Shown: positions 36,900 to 50,282, numbered from the whole stretch's first letter. The stretch is 62,386 nucleotides of DNA, filler included, from Gonapodya sp. JEL0774 (GCA_027604505.1; 4 parts of 4 records of this genome joined end to end with filler, not necessarily neighbours in it); one strand, 5' to 3'. The notes: generated from the letters alone by a model not told the origin. A program made the numbers and translations.

Positions 36900-39800
36900 A
36901 GCATGCACAAAAGCCCCTAAACTCACCGCCAATCCCGCGTACGCATTTGAGCGCCTGCTTCTTTCATTCTTCCTGAACTCACTCGAGCGGGCCGTGATCC
37001 GACCGATATTGTCTCATGCTCTTCCATCCCGACCTATTGGTTCGAACTTAGTCGTACGGAGTGGAACGGTCGGTCTAGACGTTGTTGCGTCAAGGCAGGG
37101 AGGCGACGTGCTGGGTCTCTAAGCCTGCAAAGTGCAAAGACAGGTAAAGCCGATTTGGTTCCCGGTACTGAAATGATCCAAACTGGGCGTATGAGACTCA
37201 CCCTATAGAAAAACAAGCGTAAATCCCATCTCTCATCCGACACAGAACAGAACCGCCGTTATAATTGTTCAGACAATGGGTTTCTCGTCACTCGGAGGCA
37301 ATAGACCGGGCTGAGGTGAGAAGGCGGTGATGTCCTTGGAGAGGGGGCCAAAGGGTTGATGCGATGGAAGTTTGGGGGTGGACATAACAGAGTCAGCGGG
37401 AGGGAAAGGTCAGGCAGGTGGAAGACGAGAGAGGAGAGAGTCGAGGCAAAGGAGGGGTGTGGGGACGGGGGCAGGTGAGCACAAACAAAACCAACGATGA
37501 GTACTCAAGCACTTTACCGATTCAGTTCCGGTGTGTTTTCCTGAGGTACATGTGCGTGCACCCTCACCACGACCTAATATTCATCTGTACCCACAGAAGG
37601 GGAGAGAATGTTTGGCCGAGGAGAGGGTTAGGCGGGAGTGGACGAGAGGGAGAGGGACAGTTGCGACGAAAGAATCGCTGCCGAGAGGATGGCTTGTTCA
37701 TGTGCAGGGGAAGGGCCAAACGCACTCAACTCACCTTGCACCCCGAACCCTTGGGGTCGAAGTGACAGGGATCTCCTCTCCACGATCTACTAGACCCGAA
37801 ATGCCGGAGAGACGTTCCGCTGTTGCCGACACGTGCAAGATATGATGAGGGAAAAGTGTTCGAACAGATTCAGATGCGCGGAGGGAAGAGAGGAGGGGAG
37901 GATCAGTACGAAGATGGTGAGTACGTGGCGACGAACTCATTCCACAACGCATTATGTTTTCGCTCCCCGCGGGGTTGTGGTGTTTGCCTGCCCATCCGGA
38001 CAAAGAATCACTCATGACAGACCACCGGTTCACCGTACTCATCAGCGAATACCCACTTGACTCACCCGCGCGCTGCCCGACTGCACAATTGCGACATTGG
38101 GACAAGTGACTACTGTCACAAACGGCCAGTGGCACTCACCATACTCGCAACTGCCCCTTTTTGACTCAACTCATCGCCCGGTCGTACCTAGTGACCCCAA
38201 AGCTGCGACGGGGATTTGGAGCGGTGGACCCAAGCGGGATGCGGTTGAGGAAGAAGGACTAAAGGACGGCCGAGACGACCTTACGGCGAGAAGTACGTCG
38301 GACCTAACTGAGAGACACGAAACTTACCTTCATTTCATCAAAGCATCCGTAAATCCGGGACTTCCAATCCAGCGGAGATGATGACGTTGAGAGCCGGGCT
38401 TACATCAAACTTTAGACATTCCGACGTGTTGCGAGCGAGGCGTGATATGTGAGGTAAGGTAAACACGGGTGAGCGAGGTTTAGTTGGCGGGTTCAGCATC
38501 GGTGATGGCAAAGGTTTCGGAATTTGGGGGTGTGGCTGGATGGTTTGCGTGGGGCGAAACGCAGAGGAAGAAGACGAAGAAGGTGACGAGGAGAGAGAGG
38601 AAGCGGGTGAAGAGTTGAGAAGTTTGTAGAGAACACGGCTGGGAAAGCGTAAGCGATGTACCTGTTTAATTTGCGTCACATCCTTTGTTTGTGTCCCGCG
38701 GTGTCAATTCAACTGGGCTGCCACCCTTCTCGAATTGCAGTCTCTCTCCACCACCCACCGGCGTCTTTCCGTGCTCCCAATGTCCGATATACGTTGATTC
38801 GCACAGACAATCACAATCCATTGGTTCCAACCCACGCTGATCCGTACGTCGGCAGGTTTGCAGCTGGGTTCCAAGAGCATTATACCTGCACGTGCCGGTA
38901 CGTTCTTTAACACGGTGATTTAAAAGCGCTGGGGATTCGAGAGTAGGCGATGGGAAAGGGTTGGGGGAAGAGAGGAGAGGAGGAAGGTGAGGTCCGAGGG
39001 AGGATCGAGTTGGAAAGCGGCTAACAGGTGCGAGCAAAACAGTTGAGCCAAAAAGGAGAATCAGGAACAAGGAACTGACCTCTCATGCCCGGAACCTTTC
39101 ACAGTTCAACCGTCGCGCGTCTTGACGAACTCACCTGCACAACTCGGCCCATCCCGTCACCCATGTTGAATCCTCCGACCACAGACCAACACCGTCCTGC
39201 CTCGTCCCCAACAGCCCATAGGCGTCTCGGTTTGCGTACAAAATCAGTTCTGTCAGGCGATTGTTCCCTCAAGTGACATTGCAGGTGACATTGCACTCAC
39301 CTTCCACTCTTGACCGATCCGTGTGAAAGTCCACTTCCAACACCTCCTCCACCCAGTTGCCACCAGACAGCTCAAAAAAAAGTGGCGCTCGGTCAACACT
39401 TGGTTGAAGGCGGCATTCGGTTGGGGGGTGAGGAGTGGAGCGGTTGGGACGGGAGGACAGATTGTGTATCATGGCTGGAAGCAACGAACGCGAAGTTAAA
39501 CTCTACGTTCATGCTTGGCGGACTCACTACAACGAAAAAGGCTTGGGGAAATGGGAGGTGGTTGCAATGCACAGAGAGTGCTAGTCGTGCTGCACGTTAG
39601 CGGGGGACCTGAAAAGGGGCGGAAGGAAGAGCGTGAGGATTTGTAAGCGACACCACGAATACAAGCAAAAGGACTCACAGAGGAGGGGGAACCGGATGTC
39701 GTGATCATCGATGACGGTTCCCGGTAGAAGTCCAGAAGGTCGAGTGTCGCCGACAGATGAATAAGATGAGGTGGGCTCGGTGCAAACAGAAAAGAACAAA

Positions 39801-40100
39801 AGAGAAACATATGTCAAGCATGTGAAGTCCGATGCGGGGGTAGGTACGAGGGAAGAAGAAAGGCGTCTATTCGCTGTTCACTCACCAGCTGCGCGACGCC
39901 CAGTAGGTCAACGCGTCAACCCATGCAATGCACTCGGACTGACTTCACACCAATGTCAATTGAAAACAGCTTGACGTGGCTCCCGTCCTTCATTCGGCGT
40001 CCTTGGTTTCGTTCTTTGTGGAAGGAACTAGTGGAGATCTGGGATGACAAAGGTCAGGGAAACCAAATGAAGAGAGCGAGACAAAAACGGTACATACTCG
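36900..40100 (-). pseudogene. Probable decayed multi-exon gene, unknown product
   Basis: About ten GTGAGT/GTAAGT/GTATGT donors with pyrimidine-rich acceptors on the minus strand. I could not build a continuous frame. Confidence 0.3.
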
Positions 40101-40104
40101 TCAT

Positions 40105-43100
40105 CCCCTGATCTCATATCGAACAGCGCTCCACGTTCTTGCCTCTCGGCTACCTTCCATCCCCTGTCCGGCTCTATCGTCACGAACCCCCACACCTCTC
40201 ACACCGGTCGACCCATCCCGGCGACGGTCGACAGACATAATTTTCACACGATTCGCTACATATATTTTCATTCGATGCGTTTGTATGTTGAACGGTAAGG
40301 TGGATTCGTGGAGTGGAGCGCGGAGGGCGGGTGGGAGGGGAAGACGAGCGTTCGGGGGAGGGGACGGGGATCGAACGAGAGAGCGACGGAAGTGGGATAT
40401 GGGCGGGAGTGAACACAGGCGGTTGAGCGCGACGGCGCGGGTTGAATGTTGGGCCCGGGGTGAGGATCGGTTGCGTGGACGTACTGTTGGTGAACACCAA
40501 AGGACACAACACGATTGCACATGACTTTTACTCCGTCCACTCAAGATAGGGGAAAAAGTAGTGCGAGGGTACGAACTTTTGAACATTTCACTGAAACGGT
40601 TCGCTTTTACCGTACTCTACTGCAATGAAAGTCTCTTCCTAAACCCTACAGATCAAAGGCACTTCACACCAAACTGAACGTAAAGCAAAGAATAGATTGA
40701 AAGAAAAAAAGCTCCCAACCACCCTGCCAGATCCCAACTTCACCTCTCCCACTGCTGGACTGTTCACCTCCCTTGCCCTGATTCTGCCCCAGCCCCTCCT
40801 GCTCCAAGCACCTCAGTCTGCACACCCATCCTCCCACTCCCACTCTGGGTCCCAGTTCCTGCCCCACCACCAGCTCCACCAAACCTCCCCATTGCCTCAG
40901 CCCCTCCTACACCATACTCACCACCCCTCGACTCCACACCCCGCACAGGCCACGTTCCTGACGCAGGTGGTGTCGACCCCGTGGGGTATGCTGACCGTTG
41001 CGGTGGGCCAGCCACGTCGCCATAAAACTGGGAGGAGAGAGGTGGGGCGTTGGGGACTGGGCGGAAGGGGTTAGAGGGTGGAGGTGGAGGGCCAATGTTG
41101 AGGCGGGAGTCGTAACGGAGGGTGAAAGAAGGAGGTTGCAGAGGAGGTTGGTTGTGTGTGTCACTAACACAGGCCATGGGGAATGCACCAGAGGCACCAG
41201 TGCGTGTGTTCAAGCCCTGGGGTCGGATCACAGATGAATGGCAAGGGGGCAGGGGTCAAAGGTGTCGATGCAGGATTCATGAGAGGGGAACAGCACACAA
41301 GCAATAAACAAGTGGTACTCACAGATCCCCACCCATCTGCAAACACCAGGTTGACATAAATCTCATCCCCAACTTGAACATTAAGCTCATCAACATCTTG
41401 GGCCTGGAAATCGGCTATGGCGTACATGAGCTTCTTGACAGTGCGGGGGGGTTGGGGTCCGCGAGGGGGAGGAGCAGGTGGTAGGGATGCGAGTTGGGTG
41501 CGGAGGGTCACAACCTCACGTTCAAGCGTTGCGTTTTTGGTAGAGAGGGCGCGGTTCTCTGAGAAGAGGGTGCGGACTTCTGTCTGAAGGTCCTGGTTCG
41601 CTGCTTCCAGACTGCTGATCTTTGCCTGATTGTCCAAGTGCCTTGCTTGAATGTCCAAGTTCCTCCTCTGTGCCTCCTCTGCCTTGCTTTCTGCAGTTGC
41701 TGTTCTCACTGACAGCTCCTCATTCCTCAGCTTGACTTGATCCAACTCTGCACGTAGCTCCCTAATTTCACGGTCCTTGTCAGCGAGGAGTGAGACAAGG
41801 GCTTCAGTGGGTTGGGGAGGGGTGGAAGGTGCAGTGGTAGTTGGAGAAGAAGGTTGAGAGCGGGTAGGGACTGGAGTGGGAGGGTGGGATTGATGGTCTT
41901 GAAGAGCTTGCAAGAAACGTCCATCTGGCCATTTGCGAGCGGCGTCGAGTTCCCTCTGAGTGACCACAGCCCCGTGAGAGAGGAGGAGTTTGACGATGGG
42001 GAGGGAAGGACACAGAGTGAAGGGATAGATGCAAGTGTCCTCCGTCTCCTTGGGATCTCTGATCTGGATGTCGCCGTCCTTGAGACTGATCCCGAGTTTG
42101 CTGTCAGAGTCGGGTGAATCGCCTGTGCCACCCACACACCACGTCCACTTCCCGCCCCTCGCCACCGCCAGTGTCAGCGCAGACGGGAACAAAATCGTCA
42201 AACGCCAACGCCTCCTGTTCCAGTTGTCCGAATCCCACGATGAAAACCAGTTCGCGATCTTCCACTCACACACCCCATTCACATCTGCGCCTCCTTCGAG
42301 CAACGCCTTGACAATCTCCTCATTCGCATGCATGATCCCCAGCGTCAACGCGGATTCGCATTCTGCAGAGTCCGTTTTGGTATCGCGTCCAATCGTGCAT
42401 GTCAGTGTCACCTGCTTCCTCGCATTGGTGTTCGCCCCATCCGCTAGAAGCTGTCGCACCCGCGGCGCCTGTCCGTTTTCCACCGCTTCGATCAGTTGGA
42501 TTTCACGCGCGGTTGACATGGCGGTTTTCGATCGGATTTTCGTGATGTTGAGCTTTGTTTGCGATTTCGGTTGATGCTGTGAACAGGCTCCCCCATTTGC
42601 TTCTGCGGACTTTCTAAACACCGCCGCGAGCGACGACGCGGACTTGTAACTTTATTATTAAATATCTTTTGTGCTACGTGCATAAAACATACATGTCAAC
42701 TGACCCTGCTCCTGGGGTCGGTGCTGCTCCACATGCATCACACGTTGCGTTCCCTACTCCTCCTCGCCCCGCTCACCACACGCTCTCTCCCCCGACCGGT
42801 CCCCTTGGCAGAACTCTCCCGAATTGGTCATCCCCGGGGGGTCCGGCCGCCCTTCCGTGCCCCTGTCTCCCGCTCCCCGCCTCGACCCCATGCCGGCCCC
42901 CGCCTCCTTGTGTCTCCTCCCCCTGACCCTAGTCGCCCTCCCTCGGCTCCCCCACAGCGCCTTCCCCCCCCCTCTGCCCCTCGCCGCATCTCCACGGCCC
43001 TACTCCCCCATCACGCCCCGCCCACTGNNNNNNNNNNCTACCACCCTTATTTGTATAAGAATATTACAAACCACAAAAAGGAGGGTTTACCCGGGCCCCC

Positions 43101-45143
43101 CCCCCCCCCCCCCCCCGCCCCCTCGGCGCCTCCCTCGCCCCGCCTCGGCTCCCCCATCTTCGGGGCCGGCCTTGAGCGCCGAGCCCCGTCCTTGGCTTCC
43201 CCAATCCCGCACCCCCCCGTTCCTCGACCGCCTGTTTTCAACCCATCTCATCTCACTCGCTCCCCCACCGTGCAGCTCACCTATTTCCCTGCCCGCTGTT
43301 CCATATTCCAAGTTTCCATGCTCGTCTCAAGCCCGCCCCGTTCCTGCTGACACGCTTCCCTCCCCGTAGAACACTGGTGCCGACGTCGGGGCTTGTTGAC
43401 TGTTTCGGCGTAACAGCCGGTGCATTTACCTCCCATAATGGGGGCCTGACTTTTTGCCTATCACGCTTTCGTTCGTACCCGAGCTCCCCGTCCCGGAAAT
43501 CCCTCACTGGTTTCCTTTGGATTTTTCCGTTCCTGTTCTGACCCGCACTGCACTCCGTTCTCCCCAGCGCTCCTACAGCCACTCCAATCCACGATCGACG
43601 CTGCGTCCAATCATTGATATCCGCTCATATGCTCTGCGTATCTGTCTCATCGTTACGTGCCCGCGGAAGGGGGCACGTTTGTCGTTCCTTTGAACACCCG
43701 AAGATACTAAATCAGAACAACGCTCACTGTAAACTTTTATTCCACAGCGCCATCGCACACTCACCGCCCTTCATATCTCGGGTTCCATGTCATCCTCCGC
43801 TTCTCCTTCTGCGTCCCGTTTCCAGGTCTCCTCTGTTCACGGTACGAATGGCTGGAGTTGAACGGGTGGCACCAGCGGGGACGAAGTTGAGACGGAGGGC
43901 TGGACGAGTGCCATGGCGAATCCTCGTGGCTGAATGATGGGAAGACCCAGTGGGAGGGGGGCGCGGGTCTTTCTTTTCTACAACGAGCGGAAACTGGGGA
44001 GCGGTCAGCGGAAGTTGGAGCAAGTGAGACCGAAAGAATGAAAACACATTGAAACATATCACCTAGCGTGTAAATACACCACGCTCGCCATTGTATTCTC
44101 TGATGGCAGGTCGTCCGCCGGCCCTTCCCTGCACCAGCACCATCCCTCCGGCAACCATAGTCGTCTTTTGCCAGTCGCGGTGCCTGTAAAGCTTGTTAAC
44201 CCTTCTCAATTCCGTTGTCTTTCTCCGCCTCCCCTCCACGTCCCGTTTCTAGGTCTCCTCCGTTCGCGGTGCAAAAGGTGGTGTTGAACGAGTGGTACCA
44301 GAGGCGACAAAGTTGAGAGGGCTGGAGGACTTCCATTGTGAATATCGTGACTGAACGAGGGGAAGACCCGAGGTGAGGGGTGCGTGTCTGCCTTTAGTGG
44401 CGACGTTTCATGTGAGTGCGAAACCTGGGGATCGGAGGACGGAGGTTGGAGAAAGTGAAACCGAGACAATGAAAAAAACACAAGTGGAACACTTTGAACG
44501 TACGCCATTCGTTGCTCGCATGACATCCTGTCCCCCCTGACGGCACTGGCATTCCCCTCCCGACTCCGCTGCCCCGCCTTGGCGAATTCTCCTTGTTACC
44601 ACTCCCGCATGTCCTCCCACTCGCAGCGCCACGGAACGCTGGAATGTACTCATCTTCTCCTCTGCTCCGCGGTTCCTTCGTGCCCCGACCTTGCGCCGCG
44701 GCTCTGCGTGGACAGTGACTTGGTCTCCCCCTCGACATCTTGGACTGATCCATCAAGCGGGTGAGTGAGCGTGATCGGTGTTGGCGAGGACAAGGGGGGA
44801 CGGGTACGTCTTGACTCGGAAAGGAGCATCGAGGCGGTGTTGTTGAAGATATGAGCAGTTGCAGAACACCGGGACAGATTTAGAGTACGATACAAAGATG
44901 ACGTTCCACGACACACCTATGGTTCAGTTGATGGTGTCCATGAAATCATGTCGCGCCGGTGGGTCATTCCATTGATGCTCAGAACGTGGGGGGTGAGGAA
45001 TGGTCGTGCCGGAGGAAATTTGACGAACCCGGGACGGCATTGAGTATGTGGCTCGTGAAAACCGGGAGGAATAGAATGAGAAGGATGCGGACTGTCGCGG
45101 TGGTGGTGTTTGGCGGGGACGATGGGCAGCGGAGAGTCGGAGT
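40105..45143 (+). repeat. ~5-kb segmental duplication, copy 2
   Basis: Colinear with 31770-36736. Confidence 0.95.
40764..42519 (-). CDS. Ankyrin-repeat / coiled-coil / SH3 protein, paralog 2 (exon 1 42519-41323, exon 2 from 41216)
   Basis: Same domains and intron position (41217-41322) as paralog 1. Confidence 0.9.
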
Positions 45144-45496
45144 TGGAGGGTCTGGGGGTGTGAGGCGAACACCAGTGCAGTGCAGGGGGGAGCCGCACGC
45201 ACAAACAAAGAGTGCACACACGTCTACAGGCATTGCTTTTAGAGGAGGCACGTAAGCTTTATATCCACTTTCAATACGTGAGGCAGTTCCTTCTTTCAGC
45301 GCAGATTCCGCACGTTGCGGTCTGACTTGGTTCACCTGCAAGCCAGGGCCTGCGGCACTTTTGATCCGTACACCATTAGCAAGTAATCATCATCGCACAA
45401 AGGCAGAGTAAAGCATGTGGCTGCCCCTGTTATCATGCAAGCCCGTGGCCTGGCAGCGGCACTTTCCATCAACCAACCACAAGCGCTCACCGTCAA

Positions 45497-47030
45497 ACAC
45501 CGCCGCGAGCGACAATGTGGACGTGTAAATCGATGATAAAATTTTATACTGTATTGCGTACATTAAATAGACCCCACCGCTCCTGCTCCCGTGGTAGGTC
45601 GGTGCCGGTCAACATGTATTTCACGGTACATTCCCATCTTCCCAAGATTCCAACCTACCACACGCTCTCCCTCCCCCGGTCGCTTCCCATGGCAGAGCTC
45701 ACCAACTTCTGTCTTAACTAGTCNNNNNNNNNNNNNNNNNNNNNNNNNNNNNATTTGTGTTTTTAATTGTCCCCCGCCCCTCCCCTTCCACCCACGCTCC
45801 CGCTCCGGCCGCCCCCCCCCCCCCCCCTCTTCGACCTTGCCCCTCTTCCCGTCGCCGACCTCTCGTTCTCCTCCTCCATTCAACTCACCTGTTTCCCTGG
45901 CCGTTGTTCCACGTTCAGATTTCCATGCTCGTCACGAGCGCGCCCCGCTCCTGCTCAGACGCGCCCCGTTCCAAATAACACCACTGCCGATGTCCGCGCT
46001 CCTTCACTGTTACGGCATAACCGCCGTCTGTCAGCGATTCGCGGCTCCTCGATGGCGACCTACCTGTTTGCCACTGACTGTGTGTCGTTTGTCCCTGAGG
46101 TCTCCTTTCCGGATATCCATGGTGGTTTCCTTTCGCCGTTCCCATTCTGGCCTGCGGCTCCACTCCGTTCTCCGCCACGCTTAGGCCACTCCATTCCACG
46201 CTCGACGCTGTTTCCACCACGAGGAAGGCTCTGCTCATATTTCCCGTGCACCCGTCACGTTGTTTCGTAGAAGAGGAGTGCGAGTTCGCGTGTCTCTGAC
46301 CCCTTAAGACACAGAAAACGGAATCACCACAACGATCACGGTCAAACTCGATAACACCATCACAAATTCACCTCCCTCCCCGTCTTGGTTCCCTTGCCTC
46401 TCTCTCCTCTTCTCTTTCTGCGTCCCCTTTCTCAGTTGACCGTTCATGACGAGCCAAATGGGCGGGGCCACCAACAAGTGCGACCCGTGCTACTGGCCGC
46501 GAACTGTATGAAAGGGTGCGCCACGAGCGCTATGGGGAGAGGTGGTCGCCGAGCGAGGGAAGACCTCAGGGGAGGCCGGGGGTCTGTCTTTTGTGCGACG
46601 CGAGTGAGGAGGCGGGGGATCGGAGGTTGGAAGAAGTAAGACCGAGATAACGCAAACACAGCAAAATGTACCACGTTGTGTGTATGTATACCACGCATGC
46701 AACATTCACTCGAATCGCTTTCTGTCCGTCTGTTCCCGCACCTGCACCGTTCCTTCCCAGCACTTGGCCCTTCACAAGGTTCCCACCCTCGCATGTTCGG
46801 CCATTTATAGCGCTGCTGAGGTTTTGAATGTACTCACATTGGCCTCGCACCTGGTCACTGTCTGGTCGCAGTTACGGGGTTCACCTCCACCACTCGGACC
46901 TAGCGGTGACCGATCCGGCAGACGGGTAGGTGTGATTGGCATTGCTGAGATGCAGGGGCGACGGATAGTTTTGAGGAGAACAAGCTGGAAGGTCCGATTG
47001 AGGTGAGTCACGGAGTAAAGAACATGTACC
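45497..47030 (+). repeat. Third, more diverged copy of the region upstream of the ankyrin-SH3 genes
   Basis: Begins acaccgccgcgagcgac as at ~34291 and ~42619 and stays loosely colinear. No ankyrin ORF is attached. Confidence 0.7.
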
Positions 47031-47199
47031 AAATTAATAGGGTGTCGTGTACGTGTACGGCCCAAAACTGACCCCCTCTGATCTGCCCAAAAACTTTTCT
47101 GAACAAGGAAACTATATATAAAAATGTTGTTGGGGTGGTTGGCTGGTCTCCAGGAACTCTGTGGGGGTCTGGAATTTGTCCCCTGCCAGGCGCAAACTT

Positions 47200-47299
47200 N
47201 NNNNNNNNNNNNNNNNNNNNNNNNNNNNNNNNNNNNNNNNNNNTTAATTAATTAANNNNNNNNNNNNNNNNNNNNNNNNNNNNNNNNNNNNNNNNNNNN
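47200..47299. other. Assembly gap with TTAATTAATTAA linker
   Basis: N run with linker. Confidence 0.99.
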
Positions 47300-47306
47300 G
47301 GCGGAT

Positions 47307-48839
47307 TTGGGACGGGCTGCGCTCGCCGATGGGTTGTCGCGACTGGCGATCACCCCCAGTTCCACCACCCGTGCATCGATGGCTTTGGATTCTCAGCTGG
47401 GCCAACCCGAATGGCAGAGCTCGCCGGGTTCATCTTCTGCCAGCACTGCAAAGGCACTCAAGGCCGCTCAGAAAGTCCAACTCCCCCCACCTTCGGCGAC
47501 CCTCTCTGCTTCCCTACAGCGTGGAACGAAGGCGGTGCCGGTTCCTGCAGTGGTCGTGGGCAAGAATCGCGCTGTCGTGCAGGCGCCAGATGGAACTCGG
47601 AGAACAGTGGCGAGACCGGTGGGGAGGCTAGGAGTCCGTGCAAGTGGTGGTGTGGGGCAGAACGGTTTGGCGGGCGCAGGGAGTGGTCAAGGGACAGGAC
47701 AGGCACTTCCGCTGCATCAACAGCAAACTCAACCGAAATCTACCACTCGGCCAAACCCACCTCCTTCCGGAACCAACATGTCGACACCACCAACCGTGCC
47801 CACGATGGCGTCGAAGCAACAGGGTACGACAAACACGAGTTCAAACGTGATGCCCCGCCCGGTAACAGCGGGGAACGGACCCAGTGTGGCGGTAGCCGCG
47901 GGTTTAGTTCCACCGCAGCCGGGTGCATCTGCGAATGGAAGAGCGGGGACATTAACAGGGGCTGCGAAACAGCCGATGGGTGGTGGGGTACCGCAAGCAC
48001 AAGCCGGACAGAAGGTTGGAGGACAAGCACAGCAACAACAACAAGCTGGGAAGGCTTCTGTTGGGAAAGGTGGTACGACAGGCACAGCTGTGTCGTCGGC
48101 GCAGGTGAAAGGGCAGCCCGTTGCAAGTGAGGGCACAGCACCCTCCGCCAAACAGAAATCAGCCAAACCCACCGCTCCTGCTGCTCCCCCAAAGCCTCCA
48201 ACAAAATTTTCTCTGCTCATGTCTCACCCACCACCTCCAAATTCCCGCCGAGACCGCACGTTCCTCCACGCCGCTGTCGAACGCCGAGCTCGTCGTCGAG
48301 CGAGGGCTGGTGGCTCTTCAACGGTCGATGACGACGATTGGACGTGCTTTTTCTGTGAGTACGAGCAGGTGTGGGGTGGCAGGTGGTGGGATGGGAGGCG
48401 TGAGGTGCAACGGCAACCGATACCACAGCCCCAGGTTCAGCAGCCACGCAATCACGGGCAACTGGGACTCAAGGGACAGCAGCAGCCTGCTGGACATGCA
48501 CAGGTGGCGCAAGGTGGAGTGGCTGCGCATGGGGCGGCGCCGGCGCACGGTGTTGTGACGGCCACACCAACTGCTGGCGGGGCTGTAGCGGGACCAGTTG
48601 TTCCCCAACCGGTCATTCCCAAACGCACAGCTTCGCTCAACTACTTTGCGACATCCACGAGCAATGGCGGTGGATCGACTACGACTACGGCCACCGCCAC
48701 TGCAACCACGACGGTCAACGTTCCGTCGGGGAGCACCGGGCGGCAAGTTCCAGTAGAAGTTCAGGTCAAGGTTGAGGTTCAGGGCTCTGTGGCTACTGCT
48801 GGTGCGGTGACTGCGAGTAAAGGAGGAAGGAGAGGGTGA
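47307..48839 (+). CDS. Low-complexity Q/G/P/A-rich protein with a DDDDWTCFFCEYEQVWG motif; 5' end probably in the gap
   Basis: 510-codon ORF abutting the gap, with a single CxxC-EY motif in disordered sequence. Confidence 0.75.
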   Translation: MGRAALADGLSRLAITPSSTTRASMALDSQLGQPEWQSSPGSSSASTAKALKAAQKVQLPPPSATLSASLQRGTKAVPVPAVVVGKNRAVVQAPDGTRRTVARPVGRLGVRASGGVGQNGLAGAGSGQGTGQALPLHQQQTQPKSTTRPNPPPSGTNMSTPPTVPTMASKQQGTTNTSSNVMPRPVTAGNGPSVAVAAGLVPPQPGASANGRAGTLTGAAKQPMGGGVPQAQAGQKVGGQAQQQQQAGKASVGKGGTTGTAVSSAQVKGQPVASEGTAPSAKQKSAKPTAPAAPPKPPTKFSLLMSHPPPPNSRRDRTFLHAAVERRARRRARAGGSSTVDDDDWTCFFCEYEQVWGGRWWDGRREVQRQPIPQPQVQQPRNHGQLGLKGQQQPAGHAQVAQGGVAAHGAAPAHGVVTATPTAGGAVAGPVVPQPVIPKRTASLNYFATSTSNGGGSTTTTATATATTTVNVPSGSTGRQVPVEVQVKVEVQGSVATAGAVTASKGGRRG

Positions 48840-50282
48840 GGATCGTAGGAGCCGTGATACTCGCGTCCATGTGTGGAGCGAGGCAGTTTGGAAGACGGGA
48901 CGAAGTGTTCAGTGGTATGCATGTGAACGTGCGAGCGCAGAAAATCGTGGATAAGCACACGTTGGGGAATGCATACTGGGCGGTGGTGTACAAATATAGC
49001 AAAAGATCATCCATGATAAAGTGTAGGAAGCCTCGAAGTGACTGCATCCTGGTCCACCATCCATATTTGAGCCGGCCGGTGCTTAATAAAAGCGCGAACA
49101 AGACTCACTCTAGTCCTCTACCGCACATGCAACAAGGGCGGCAAGGATACACATACTCCAGCGCTCACAGTAACGTTGCTCTTTTACATCAGGCATGCTA
49201 AATTTGGGCCTTCGTCATCCAACTGATCTCGGCCAACTTGCACGGCATGACCAAACTCCGCGGCGCAGGTCCCACGAGCCCCAAGATTCAGCGTGCAAAC
49301 CTTAGTTCAAGCACGCCTTGGACTGCCGTTCGTAATTTCGCAAAAACACACACCGAAAATCAACGTGGTCCACGCTTGCATGACGCTTCAAAATGCATGG
49401 AGACGTATTAGATGTGATGCAAGGCACGCGGGGGGCCAAAACATGACGGATCCAATCACCACGCTTTCTGGTGCAATCTATGGTAACCACGTCCCTGCCG
49501 GCTGGATTGTTTTGGATCCTGTGCCGGACTCGCAAACATATTGCAGATTCCAATGAAGGGGTCATTGTACGTACTGTGCTAGTGTGTGAATTGCGAATAT
49601 ATGGATACAACGCAGACTTACATTACTCTCCAGGATTTTGAAACATATTTTCTCGTGGGAGACAGAATTTTCAAAGGCCGACAGACAACCTCGAGCCGTA
49701 CAAAAGGTATTCCCTACATCATCACTTTGCGGTTCTTTCCGCAGAGTGTTGGCGCGGCGAATAATCGTGCCCGCCGGTCCCCGAAGGGTTGAACACAAAG
49801 GGAGGAAGGACGCTGTGACCGGCAAGATTATCGAGACTGTTTTGTTTGTTTTTTTTGATGGCCCGCAGGTCGCAGGTTCGGAACCCTTTGCCGAGTCAGG
49901 GAGGAAGGGCAGAACGGAACCTTTTTTCCATTAGGTAAAGTAAGCGTAAGCGGCCGATTTGGAAGTTGGCGCTACATATGATAGTCATTGCATTGGTTTA
50001 GATAAGTTATCCAAACGTACTTGGTCGATATTTGGGAGACGGTAGAGGAGCGGTTGCTCGACGGTGTAGATTTCCACGGGTGTATATTTATCATACGGGT
50101 GATGCAAACTGCAAACGATGCAAGTACATAGATCTCGCAAGGGTTGACATAACGCACAATGAATGTGATCACAAGGAGAGGGCCACCATTTGGCGTCCAT
50201 GATATATACAAGATGAGGGGGCGTTTGCGGATATTCGGATCATAAGTAATGCGAGAGCCAATGATGGAGATGGGCGCCCGAA

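Noticed and set aside
38480..39180. Inverted ~27-bp similarity encoding VGGFSIGDG / VGGFNMGDG
   Set aside because: Too short and does not extend, so it may be chance.
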